Below, piece after piece: positions 8,902 through 16,882 of a DNA stretch of 32,000 nucleotides. The DNA is taken from contig NZ_CP042911.1 in assembly GCF_008065095.1 (NCBI RefSeq), forward strand, positions 390,001 to 422,000, in the 5' to 3' direction. A program made the translations under genes and the position numbers. How positions within the stretch are numbered: the stretch's first letter is position 1; each line of letters begins with the position of its first letter. The DNA is from Gemmata obscuriglobus (GTDB lineage: Bacteria; Planctomycetota; Planctomycetia; Gemmatales; Gemmataceae). The notes beneath the pieces are model-generated. The model did not search any database. It saw only the letters and a list, made by a program, of their open reading frames with translations, and had not been told where the DNA came from.

Positions 8902-9918
8902 ATGAAGAGCTGGTATCTCGTCCCGGTGCTCGCCCTCGCGCTGCCCTTCGCCCCGTGCGGCGACGTGCTCGGCGGTCCCAAGTCCGATCCGCTCGGGCCG
9001 AAGGCGTACCCGCCCGTTTACGTCCCGGCGGAGGCGCCGCACGGGTACCTGTACCAGCCCGCCGCGGACCTCCGCACGGTGCCCCGCGGCGACGCCGTGA
9101 AGTACGCGCCGCAGGCGGGCGATGTGCTTCTGCTGAGCGACCCCGATCCGCTGTTCACCACTCTGTACGTAATCGCCCGGAGCGGCCGGCCGGGTCACTC
9201 GGCGGTGGTCATTACCATGCCGGACGGCCGCCTGGGGGTGCTGGAATCGGGGTTCAGCTTCACGCCGTGGACGCGGATCACCCCGCTGGACTACCGCCTC
9301 AACCTGTACTCCGGGCACATCTGGGTGCGGCCGCGCCAGGAGCCGCTGACGGCGGAGCAGGACCGCGCGCTGACCGAGTTCGCGCTGGCGGCCGAGGGCG
9401 GAAAGTACGACCTGCGGAAGTTCGGGATGCAGCTCACGCTGTTGCGGGCGCGGAACCCGCTGGTCACCCGGTTCGCGGGGAAGCCGGTCGGCCCGGGGCA
9501 GAAGTACGTGTGCGTGCAGATCGTGCTGGAGGCGCTGGTGTACGCGGGGCTGATCGACGGGGAGACGGCGCGGCCCGGGGCGACCTATTCGCAGGACCTG
9601 TTTTACGACCGGTCCCGGAACCCGTACATCGACCGGCACCCGCCGCTGGCCGGGCGCGGGTGGGGTCCGCCGCAACTGTGGACGCCGATTCCGGGCACGG
9701 CGCTGCGCGGGCAAGACCGGCCGCAGCCGCCGAACGCGTGGCCCGGCCCCGGCGGCGCGTACCGGGTCGATCCGATCCCGGTCGCCGACGGCCAACCCCC
9801 GGTGCCCACGGTTGTCGGGTACGTTCCCGGCACGCCGGATCTGACGCTCCCGACTCAAAGCCCCCCGCGCCGCATCAGCTTCTTGGACCGCCCGTATCGT
9901 ATTTTCTCGCGCCGCTGA
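8902..9918 (+). CDS. Secreted permuted papain-fold (NlpC/P60 superfamily, YiiX/YaeF-like) protein with a Pro-rich C-terminal tail
   Basis: The signal peptide is MKSWYLVPVLALALPFAPCGD. The order GDVLLL ... GHSAVV ... LES ... KYVCVQIV places His before Cys, as in the circularly permuted branch. The last ~90 aa are Pro/Gly-rich. Confidence 0.5.
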   Translation: MKSWYLVPVLALALPFAPCGDVLGGPKSDPLGPKAYPPVYVPAEAPHGYLYQPAADLRTVPRGDAVKYAPQAGDVLLLSDPDPLFTTLYVIARSGRPGHSAVVITMPDGRLGVLESGFSFTPWTRITPLDYRLNLYSGHIWVRPRQEPLTAEQDRALTEFALAAEGGKYDLRKFGMQLTLLRARNPLVTRFAGKPVGPGQKYVCVQIVLEALVYAGLIDGETARPGATYSQDLFYDRSRNPYIDRHPPLAGRGWGPPQLWTPIPGTALRGQDRPQPPNAWPGPGGAYRVDPIPVADGQPPVPTVVGYVPGTPDLTLPTQSPPRRISFLDRPYRIFSRR

Positions 9919-10001
9919 CGGTTTACCTGACGGCCCGAACGATGGGCCGGCGGCGTTGATCCAGGTGAACGGGCTGCAGCCGTTGGGGCAACCATTCGGC
10001 C

Positions 10002-10685
10002 TCACTCGCCCTGGTGCGCTTTGTCCAGGCTGCGCCAGAGGTACCACAGCGCAACGCTGCGGTACGGCTGCCACGGCTTCGCCACCCGGGTGAGCTTCGC
10101 CGGGTCCGGTAGCTTCCGGAGCCGGAACAGGTTCTTCACCGCCACCTTGATCCCGTAGTCCCCCACCGACAGCACGTCCGGCCGCCCCAGCCCGAATAGC
10201 AGGTACATGTCCACGGTCCAGGGACCGATGCCCTTGATGACCGTGAGCCGCTCGCGGATCGTGTCGTCGTCCAAGCCGGCGATGCTCGGCAGCAGGTCCG
10301 GGTTGGCCCGCGCGTGCTCGACGACCGCCCGGAGCGTCCGCTGCTTCGGGCCGGACACCCCGCACTCCTTGAACTCGGCTTCCGACAGCGCGGCGAGCTT
10401 GTCCATCGGCATGATGCCCTCACGCTGCCACATCGCCAGCGAGGTGCCATCAGCCGGATGTGGCCCCTCCGGCGGCGGGTTCACCGCCCGCGCGAGCCGG
10501 TTGTAAATCGACTCCGCCGCCTTCGTCGAGATCTGCTGACCGATCACGCACCGCACCAGCAGCGTGAACGGGTCCTCGCCGCGCGGCATCAGCAGACACG
10601 GCCCGACGCGGCCGATCAGCCCGTTCATGACCGGGCACGCGGCCGACAGGTGCTCCCGGGCCTGTTGGTAGAATGGTGTGGACAT
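10002..10685 (-). CDS. alkA: HhH-GPD DNA glycosylase (DNA-3-methyladenine glycosylase II, AlkA-like)
   Basis: It carries LVRCVIGQQISTKAAESI, the helix-hairpin-helix IKGIGPWTVDMYLLF, and the catalytic Asp context VLSVGDYG. The ATG at 10685 gives MSTPFYQQ. Confidence 0.85.
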   Translation of the reverse strand: MSTPFYQQAREHLSAACPVMNGLIGRVGPCLLMPRGEDPFTLLVRCVIGQQISTKAAESIYNRLARAVNPPPEGPHPADGTSLAMWQREGIMPMDKLAALSEAEFKECGVSGPKQRTLRAVVEHARANPDLLPSIAGLDDDTIRERLTVIKGIGPWTVDMYLLFGLGRPDVLSVGDYGIKVAVKNLFRLRKLPDPAKLTRVAKPWQPYRSVALWYLWRSLDKAHQGE

Positions 10686-10850
10686 GCGGCCAGTATAACG
10701 GCGTGCGCCGCGAGATGCGAGCCAAAGTGTCCCGATCGCGTTCGGCGACCGGTGCTTGAGAACGGACTGCGGAATGAACTCCGCTCTGGGTAACACTGCG
10801 GCCCGAGGCAAGGGTGGGTAAGCACCAACACTCGATGGGGGGGGCAAGAG

Positions 10851-10934
10851 GATTTTTGACAGGATTTACAGGATAAACAGGATTTCAAGTTGATCTGTCT
10901 CCATCCGGCAAATCCTGTCGATCCTGTCAAAATC
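10851..10934. promoter_or_regulatory. AT-rich inverted array of phased ACAGGAT heptamers (candidate operator or recombination site)
   Basis: ACAGGAT occurs at 10859, 10868 and 10877. ATCCTGT occurs at 10912 and 10921. Both sets have a 9-bp period, and the outer arms GATTTTTGACAGGAT / ATCCTGTCAAAATC are inverted repeats. It forms a low-GC island in a 358-bp intergenic gap. Confidence 0.4.
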
Positions 10935-11043
10935 TGCATTCGTAAAAACGAACATGCGATCATCCGTCCGTTTCGCCCGCGTCTCTTGGCGGGAACGCTC
11001 GCATCCAGTCACCTGAACCGGCTGCGAGCGGGCGAATGGCCGG

Positions 11044-12021
11044 TCACCAATCGGCAAGGATTTCACCGCCGGCCGGGGTCACGGCCCCCCAGTACACGGG
11101 GGACGCGATCCCGGTCGCGAGCAACCGCACGCTCCCGTCGTAGAGCGCCACGTACATCCCCTCCCGGTGCGGCGACTGCGCCTGGTCCCGGTCGCACGCC
11201 GTGCGGGCCGGCACCGGCGCGGCCTGGAAGGTGACCTCCGGCGGCGCGAACATCACGCCGGAGCGGGCGCCCGTTGCCGGGCGGCTGTACGGCGGGTTAC
11301 CGGCGGTGTGCGGGTAGTAGTCGAGGTAGCTCGTGGCCACGGCGGGGAACGGCCCGCCGTCGGCGAACGTCGCCCGGCGGACCCGCAAGTCGCCCCGGCG
11401 GAACAGGGCGTACTTGAAGTACACGTGGTTCACCCCGCAATCGGAGGCGTAGTGCCCCGCAAAGGCGATCGTTTGGGAGAAGCCGTCGGGCAGCGCCGCC
11501 GCTTGCAATGCCCCCTCGCGGAACACCTGCGCGTTGGCCGCGTAGCTGGACAGGCCGGCGTCGAGCGGGCCGAACTGCAACCCGACACTGGGCGGCACGC
11601 CCCCCGGGAACGTCGGCGGCGCACCGGCCCCCAGCGACAGCGTCGGGTCCGATGGGTCGAGGAAGGTCGGGATGACCGGCGCGGACGGCGGGTCGTCGAC
11701 GGCGTCCCGCGCGTCCGCGAGCAACTTATCGGCCGCAGCCGACGCATCGAGGTACGGCAGAACCGCGACGAACAGCGAGCGGCCCGCGTTGGGGCTGCGC
11801 TCCCCGCCGTTCACCGCCGGCAGCCGCTCCCCGGACGCGGACGAGAAGTTCAGCGTCGCGAGCTGGATCTGCTTCAGATTGTTCTGGGACCGGAGCCGGG
11901 CGGCGGCCGCGCGCACCTTCTGAACGGCGGGCAGCAACAAGCCGATCAGCAGCGCCAGAATTGCGATCACCACCAACAGCTCAATTAACGTCAGACCGCC
12001 GCGCGTCCGTGAATGCGACAT
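11044..12021 (-). CDS. DUF1559 protein: prepilin-type N-terminal methylation domain plus H-X9-DG
   Basis: [44 protein letters not shown] is the N-terminal motif, and [15 protein letters not shown] is the C-terminal motif. An AGGAGG lies about 8 nt upstream of the ATG at 12021. Confidence 0.9.
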   Translation of the reverse strand: MSHSRTRGGLTLIELLVVIAILALLIGLLLPAVQKVRAAAARLRSQNNLKQIQLATLNFSSASGERLPAVNGGERSPNAGRSLFVAVLPYLDASAAADKLLADARDAVDDPPSAPVIPTFLDPSDPTLSLGAGAPPTFPGGVPPSVGLQFGPLDAGLSSYAANAQVFREGALQAAALPDGFSQTIAFAGHYASDCGVNHVYFKYALFRRGDLRVRRATFADGGPFPAVATSYLDYYPHTAGNPPYSRPATGARSGVMFAPPEVTFQAAPVPARTACDRDQAQSPHREGMYVALYDGSVRLLATGIASPVYWGAVTPAGGEILADW

Positions 12022-12084
12022 GAATCACTCCTCCTGCGAAACGGCGGCCGGGCCGTGCGCCCAACCGCCGGACGGGATCCATCC

Positions 12085-12492
12085 TCAAGGCTGCACGGCA
12101 ATTCCCGTGATTGGGGCACTTGCCACATCGAACGAAGCGTCACCGGCCTGGGGGTTCTTCTTCTTGAAGGTGAAGACGGCGTAAACGTCATAGGTTCCCG
12201 CCGTCTTCACCGTTTCGTCCTTGAGTTTCCACGTGCCGTTACCGTAGTCGACGATGATAACCGGGGACGGCGCGGTTCCGCCAGCGGAAGGTGAGAGCCG
12301 CAACTCCGCCGCAATGATGTCGAACGTGGGAGGGAGGTTGACAGTCCCTTCGGCACTGATGACCAGCTTGCCGCCCTTTGCGCTCGTCGTCGTCACAGAG
12401 AAGCCTGGATGTGGCGACTGCTGCGCAACGGAAATAAGTGAACAAGATGCCAATAGCACAATAGAGCAGACCAATTGCCGACAATAATTCAT
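12085..12492 (-). CDS. Small secreted hypothetical protein (beta-rich), encoded upstream of the DUF1559 gene
   Basis: The ATG at 12492 gives MNYCRQLVCSIVLLASCSLISVAQQ, a signal peptide. Local GC is markedly lower and many codons end in A/T, unlike the neighbours. It lies 63 nt from the DUF1559 start. Confidence 0.55.
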   Translation of the reverse strand: MNYCRQLVCSIVLLASCSLISVAQQSPHPGFSVTTTSAKGGKLVISAEGTVNLPPTFDIIAAELRLSPSAGGTAPSPVIIVDYGNGTWKLKDETVKTAGTYDVYAVFTFKKKNPQAGDASFDVASAPITGIAVQP

Positions 12493-13231
12493 GTCGAACG
12501 CTCCATTCTTGTGACGGGCCAGCTGCGATAGTCGCCTCAAAATCAACGCCTCCCGGAGTAGTGTAAGCTGGCCAATCGTGCAGAACAAGCCGATACCAAT
12601 GAAGCAACAAAAACTTCACACTAACGCATTTAAACGTGTTAATCCATTGCAACTGGTTCACGGCGAAGCTCGCTAACCCGAGTCTTCCGAGAACGGCGGC
12701 GCACTTCAGGCAGGAAGCACGTCGGGTTCGAGCGGTCGCGCAGTACACGCTCGGCCCGGCGCGCCGGGTAGCCCTCCTCGTGCCGCCCGCGGGCGGCACG
12801 AGAAGACGGCTTTGCATGTGACCCATGCCCGCTCGGGTTGTCCCGGGGCCGCGGCCTTTACGAGAGGCGGCCGATGGCCGAGCGAAACAGACCAGGGAAG
12901 CCGTCACCACCGCTCCGACGCGCGAGCATCCGCTCGCCGGTCGCTTTGGGCCGAAGCCCTTCTGTCATCAGCCGGGGCGGCACGGCACTCAATCAACGCT
13001 GTGCGCCTGCTCGGGAACGGCGACTCACCACGCTGGCGCAGGCGAGATCGCTGAAAACGGTCATCGGTCGACCTCCGGTTGCGTTCCGCCGCCCCGCTCG
13101 GCTTGAGGGGCCATGATAGCTGAAGCTCCTGCGATCTTGTCGCGTTCAGTATCAGGGCCGCTGGAGGGACGGGTCCAACCGATAGCCCCCATGTTCGGGC
13201 CACACAGGTCGGGATGAGCGGTGCGGACGGC

Positions 13232-13660
13232 GCTTGAGGGTGAGGTGCAACGGATGGCAGCGTGGAGAATGGGGCGCCGACGGGATACTCGCGGGCGGTT
13301 CGCTACCTCTCGGACTACCCGTTCGCTACCAACCCGCTGCCGGTCCGTCGCGCGCGGATAATCCGCGCAAGCGACACAGACGCTCCTGCCTGCGCGACCG
13401 TCCCGCGCTGCACAGACAGGAATGTCTGTGCCACAAAGAGAACAGTCAAGCGGGTGACGCTTGAGGGTGTAACGTGGGTGACGGGTGAACGAACGGGGTG
13501 CTGACGGGACACTCGCGGGCCGTTCGCTACCTCGCGTACTACCGGTTCGCTGCCAGTTCGCTCCCCGCGAATTATCTGCACAACCCGCAGGGTCGGACCG
13601 CGTGCCCGGCCCAGAGTGAGTTGCCGCCCACGGGGATGAGGTGTAACGGGGGTTACAGGG
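13232..13660. repeat. Non-coding tandem duplication (~225-bp period) with GTTCGCTNCC decamers and hairpins
   Basis: GCTTGAGGGTG occurs at 13232 and 13459, with GCTTGAGGG also at 13101. GACGGGAYACTCGCGGGCNGTTCGCTACCTC is repeated. GTTCGCT[A/G/C]CC occurs at 13298, 13321, 13522, 13545 and 13556. A 9-bp stem with a GGAA loop sits at 13410-13431. Confidence 0.55.
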
Positions 13661-13710
13661 CGGCCATCGAGTCTTCGCTGACACGGCACGCTCGCAGCCC
13701 GGAGAATCGG

Positions 13711-14325
13711 CTACTTCGCCACCTGGCGCGGGCCGTCGTAACAGACCGAGCGGTGCCGCTCGATCACGAACTCCCAGTCCAGGCGGTGCGGCGGGTCGAG
13801 GTAGTTGCGCCACGCCGCTGCCATCTGCCGGGCAGTCTCGTCGAACGGCACCCCGCCGAAGCCGGTGCCCATCGCGGGGAACGCCACGGTTTCGATCCGG
13901 TGCCCGTTCGCGTTGTTGTACGCCTGCACCGCCAGCAGCGCCGCCCAGGTGGCGCAGTAGACCTTGTCGGTGCCGTCGATGTTGCCGGGCACCCGCATCG
14001 TCGGCGCGTGGACCAGAAAGGGGAGTGACGCATGGCCCGTTTCCAGCACGAACGCCGTGCCGATCGGCTGCTCGCCGAAGTAGTCGTTCAGGATGCGGTG
14101 CTGCACCCGGGCCATCAGCTCTTCGCCGAAGAACCGCACCACCGCGGCGTCGATGCCCGCGGTCATCATCCCGAAGGCGTTGCCGGCGGTCACGAAGCAG
14201 TCGTGCGGCCCCAGGTCCTCGAACCGCCCCTGAACGACCCGCACGTTGCGCAGCCCGTCGAAGCGGCGCGCGAAGGCGTCGCACATCGCGAGCTCGGGGT
14301 GAACCAGCCAGATGTTGTCGATCAT
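13711..14325 (-). CDS. Macro-domain (ADP-ribose binding/hydrolysing) protein
   Basis: The 204-aa product carries VTAGNAFGMMTAGIDAAV (an N-x-x-G...G-I-D diphosphate/ribose loop) and AFPAMGTGFGGVP (a second phosphate-binding loop), the usual macro-domain layout. Confidence 0.7.
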   Translation of the reverse strand: MIDNIWLVHPELAMCDAFARRFDGLRNVRVVQGRFEDLGPHDCFVTAGNAFGMMTAGIDAAVVRFFGEELMARVQHRILNDYFGEQPIGTAFVLETGHASLPFLVHAPTMRVPGNIDGTDKVYCATWAALLAVQAYNNANGHRIETVAFPAMGTGFGGVPFDETARQMAAAWRNYLDPPHRLDWEFVIERHRSVCYDGPRQVAK

Positions 14326-14370
14326 ATCGGCGCCCGCGCCCGCCGCGACCGCGGCCGGGTCCGGTCAGCG

Positions 14371-15498
14371 TCAGCCGACGCGCGGGCGGTTGTTCGTCGA
14401 GGGCTTCCTCGTCAACTTGCGGACGAGCGCGAACAGCGCAACGAGCCCCACCACACCAAAGTAGACCCACACCGCGCCGAGCGTGAACGGGACTTCCGGG
14501 GGCGGGTCGGTCGCGGGCGCGTCACCCCCGGCGGGCAACAGCTCTTCGGGGTTCGCCGGCCCTTTCTCCTTCGCGGCCTTCACCACCGCCTCCCGGTGCG
14601 ACATCAGCACTTTGCGGTTGCTGTATGCCAGCGAGGAGACGCACTCGTTCATGATCCGCTCGGCCGCCGCGAACTCGCCCCGCGCTGCGTACACCTCCGC
14701 GAGCAGCCAGTAGAGCCGGGTGTCGTGCGGGAACCACAGCACCAGTTGCTGCACCGTCGCCAGCGCGTCCGGCGGGAGCTTCGCCCGCTCCGCGGGAACC
14801 AGGGCGCCGTCGGCCACCTGGGCGAAATTGACGGGGAAGATCGCGTCCGGCAGTTCGTTCTCCGGCGTCGGCCGGCTGCGGGCTTCTTCCATGCGCAGGC
14901 GGAACAGCTTCAGCAGCGCCCCGTTGTTGAGCTTCAGTTGCCACGCGAGCTGTTGCGGGGTCAGCCCCGGGAGGCTCTTGGGCGGCGTCTCCTCGTTCGC
15001 GATCGTGAGCAGGTTGTACGCCCGTGCCCAGTCCAGCACCTTCGGGTCGCTCGGGCTGGGCTGGGCCGCCGCAATGTGGGCCAGGGTGACGTTACCCAAA
15101 TAGCCCTGTCGCTGCCGCCCCACCAGGGTGCCGTCGGCGTCGTCGGCCTTGCGGAACCGGAGCAGGTCGACGGCCAGCGCCACGTTCTCTTCCTGCGTCC
15201 GCTGCGGGACCTTGAGGCGCCGGTCGATGCGGTCCTTGAGCACCCCGCGGTCGCTCCGCACCATCTTCTGCGGGTCGTTGGGGTTGGGGCGTTCGAGGGG
15301 CCAGTCCGGGTTCCCGGCGTTCATCAGCACGAGCCGCCGTCGGGCGAACTCGCTGAACGGCAGCGGCTCGGGCACGCCCTGCGCGTTCACCGGAATCGCC
15401 ATCGGTTCGTCCGGGTGGTGCAGCGCCGCATGCGCTCCGGGGCGCGCGAGAAGGGACGCCAATACGACCAGAACAGCGACCCTGCCGTAGCGCCTCAC
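14371..15498 (-). CDS. Exported hypothetical protein with a C-terminal membrane anchor (TPR-like helical segment)
   Basis: A GTG at 15498 gives VRRYGRVAVLVVLASLLARPGAHAA, a signal peptide; an alternative GTG lies at 15540. The C-terminal TM is VWVYFGVVGLVALFALV followed by a basic tail. Composition is coding-like, and the antisense 501-aa ORF is Arg/Pro-rich junk. Confidence 0.65.
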   Translation of the reverse strand: MRRYGRVAVLVVLASLLARPGAHAALHHPDEPMAIPVNAQGVPEPLPFSEFARRRLVLMNAGNPDWPLERPNPNDPQKMVRSDRGVLKDRIDRRLKVPQRTQEENVALAVDLLRFRKADDADGTLVGRQRQGYLGNVTLAHIAAAQPSPSDPKVLDWARAYNLLTIANEETPPKSLPGLTPQQLAWQLKLNNGALLKLFRLRMEEARSRPTPENELPDAIFPVNFAQVADGALVPAERAKLPPDALATVQQLVLWFPHDTRLYWLLAEVYAARGEFAAAERIMNECVSSLAYSNRKVLMSHREAVVKAAKEKGPANPEELLPAGGDAPATDPPPEVPFTLGAVWVYFGVVGLVALFALVRKLTRKPSTNNRPRVG

Positions 15499-15591
15499 AG
15501 TGACACCCTCTGGCACACCGAACAGCGACACACCTGACACAGTTGAGGTGCACGGCGAAAATTTTTTGCACCTACTTCGATTGTAATCATG

Positions 15592-16005
15592 TCAGGCAGG
15601 AGTAACGTCCGCGGGCCGGGCAATTCCGTGCCCCGTTTCGGGAACTCTGGCGCCCGGCTCCAGCACGGATATGATTTCGGTGGTACAGTCAACGCCACCG
15701 GTCGTATTGATCCAGACGGACCAGAGCGTCCAGGCGAGCCCCCAGGGAACGCCCCACGGGCCGAGCGCGAGTGCCAGCAGGCTGAACCACAGGCCCCGCA
15801 GGTACCGGACCTGCCAGGAGCCGGTGAGATAGACCGGTGACTGCCGGCGCACTGTAACGAACAGCAACGAGAAACAATACTCGAACCGAACACAGCGCGA
15901 CCCGGCCGCGATCCGGGTGCGCAGCTCTTCGGCGAACAGGGGACGGGTGCCACGCAGTTTGAGGAGATCCGAAGAAGAAGGGACATTCCGGACTGCGGTT
16001 TGCAT
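15592..16005 (-). CDS. Small hypothetical membrane protein
   Basis: The ATG at 16005 gives MQTAVRN. Hydrophobic segments are CFSLLFVTV and LWFSLLALALGPWGVPWGLAWTLWSVW. No family name was recognised. Confidence 0.55.
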   Translation of the reverse strand: MQTAVRNVPSSSDLLKLRGTRPLFAEELRTRIAAGSRCVRFEYCFSLLFVTVRRQSPVYLTGSWQVRYLRGLWFSLLALALGPWGVPWGLAWTLWSVWINTTGGVDCTTEIISVLEPGARVPETGHGIARPADVTPA

Positions 16006-16080
16006 TGCGTCAACTACTCTCAGAAAAGAAGCCCCTGGCGGTGCTTTTGCGACCAAAGTGCGGGCACTTCTGCCCGACGC

Positions 16081-16332
16081 ATGAGCAAGCCTGAGACCAT
16101 AACAAAGACAATGAGCACGAATCCCATGCCGTTACTCGACCTCGTGACCCAGCGGGTAACCGATCGCACCGGCCGTCGGGTGCGGAACTTGGAAGTCGAG
16201 ATCGCCACCGGCGGTGAGCGTGTGGTGATCCGCGGCCGGGCCAACTCGTACCACGTCAAGCAGCTCGCCCAGGAGGGCGTGTTCGAGGCGCTGCCGAACG
16301 TCCGGCTCGAGAACGCGATCGTCGTCGAATAA
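16081..16332 (+). CDS. Small BON-like domain protein (hypothetical)
   Basis: VRNLEVEIATGGERVVIRGRANSYHVKQLAQEGVFEALPNVRLENAIVV matches the BON pattern (v.V.v..G.V.L.G.v.s...k..A......v.gV..v.N.i.V). The start is uncertain: ATG at 16081 or 16111. Confidence 0.5.
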   Translation: MSKPETITKTMSTNPMPLLDLVTQRVTDRTGRRVRNLEVEIATGGERVVIRGRANSYHVKQLAQEGVFEALPNVRLENAIVVE

Positions 16333-16406
16333 GCCGCACGCTCCGCACAACCGGCACAAGCGGCAGATCAGGAGAGCACGCCTCCGAGCCTGCCGCCGGT
16401 TGGGTG

Positions 16407-16787
16407 TCAGCTCTTCTGCGCCTCGAAGTTGCACGTCACGGTCGTGGAGATGCCGCCGCGCGGCGTCCACACCGACACCACCTTGCACCGCACCGGGTTG
16501 CACGCCGCCACAAAGTCGTCCAGCAGGCGGTTCGTCACCTGCTCGTAGAAGATCCCCTGGTTGCGGAACCGCTGGAGGTACAGCTTCAGCGACTTCAGTT
16601 CCACGCACGTCTCGGCCGGCGTGTAGGTGAACGTGATGGTGCCGAAGTCGGGCTGGCCGGTCTTCGGGCACACGCTGGTGAACTCCGGGCACACGATCTC
16701 GACCGCGAACTCGCGCCCGGGGCGGGGGTTCGGGAACGTCTCCAGTTGCTCGACGGACGGGGTTTCTGTCAGTTCCATGCTGCACAT
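16407..16787 (-). CDS. queF: NADPH-dependent 7-cyano-7-deazaguanine (preQ0) reductase, type I QueF
   Basis: EFTSVCPKTGQPDFGTITFTY (catalytic Cys) and the QueF motif ELKSLKLYLQRFRNQGIFYEQ are present. Candidate starts are at 16802 (GTG), 16787 and 16778. Confidence 0.9.
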   Translation of the reverse strand: MCSMELTETPSVEQLETFPNPRPGREFAVEIVCPEFTSVCPKTGQPDFGTITFTYTPAETCVELKSLKLYLQRFRNQGIFYEQVTNRLLDDFVAACNPVRCKVVSVWTPRGGISTTVTCNFEAQKS

Positions 16788-16882
16788 CTCGTGGGGTTGC
16801 ACAGTATGTTGATAGCTGAACGTGCTGGCGTCTTGTAGGGCGCGCCGCGCAAAGCGCGGCCGCCGCCGTCCGGAACCATCTC

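Noticed and set aside
8701-10365. A 554-aa minus-strand ORF spanning the papain-like gene and part of the alkA-like gene.
   Set aside because: It is an antisense or off-frame artefact (Arg/Pro/Gly-rich, no motifs). The 8902-9918 (+) and 10002-10685 (-) frames have real domain signatures.
10855-10883. A sigma-70 promoter read from the TTGACA at 10855-10860.
   Set aside because: No acceptable -10 hexamer lies at 16-18 bp on either strand. The TTGACA is part of the heptamer and inverted-repeat architecture.
12992-13063. A 23-codon minus-strand ORF (MTVFSDLACASVVSRRSRAGAQR) with a GGAGG about 8 nt upstream.
   Set aside because: It is too short and has no recognisable features. A chance Shine-Dalgarno match plus ATG is plausible in GC-rich DNA. 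It is mentioned only in case ribosome profiling becomes available.
13232-13660. A possible CRISPR array, because of the repeated units.
   Set aside because: The repeat period is about 225 bp with only two to three diverged units. There is no series of short (25-40 bp) identical repeats separated by unique spacers, and no cas genes are in the window.
12600-13710. A hidden tRNA, tmRNA, RNase P or SRP RNA in the long non-coding gap.
   Set aside because: I found no GGTTCGAATCC-type T-arm with matching acceptor stems, no GAGGAAAGTCC RNase P core, and no tmRNA tag reading frame. The single GGGTTCGAG at about 12724 lacks a pairing stem.
13711-15498. A DarT-DarG-like toxin-antitoxin system, because of the macro domain.
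   Set aside because: The upstream neighbour is a signal-peptide, membrane-anchored protein with no DarT/ART-like motifs. The macro protein lacks the DarG C-terminal antitoxin extension.
13061-15537. A 469-aa ORF (13061-14470, -) and a 501-aa ORF (14032-15537, +).
   Set aside because: They overlap the macro-domain and exported-protein genes in other frames or on the other strand, with junk-like composition. They run into the non-coding repeat region with no domain support.
16788-16882. A preQ1 riboswitch in the divergent queF-queC spacer.
   Set aside because: I see only a GC hairpin (GCCGCGC-AAA-GCGCGGC). The preQ1-I/II/III hallmark, a small hairpin followed by an A-rich tail pairing with the RBS, is not recognisable. 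A covariance-model scan would be needed to be sure.
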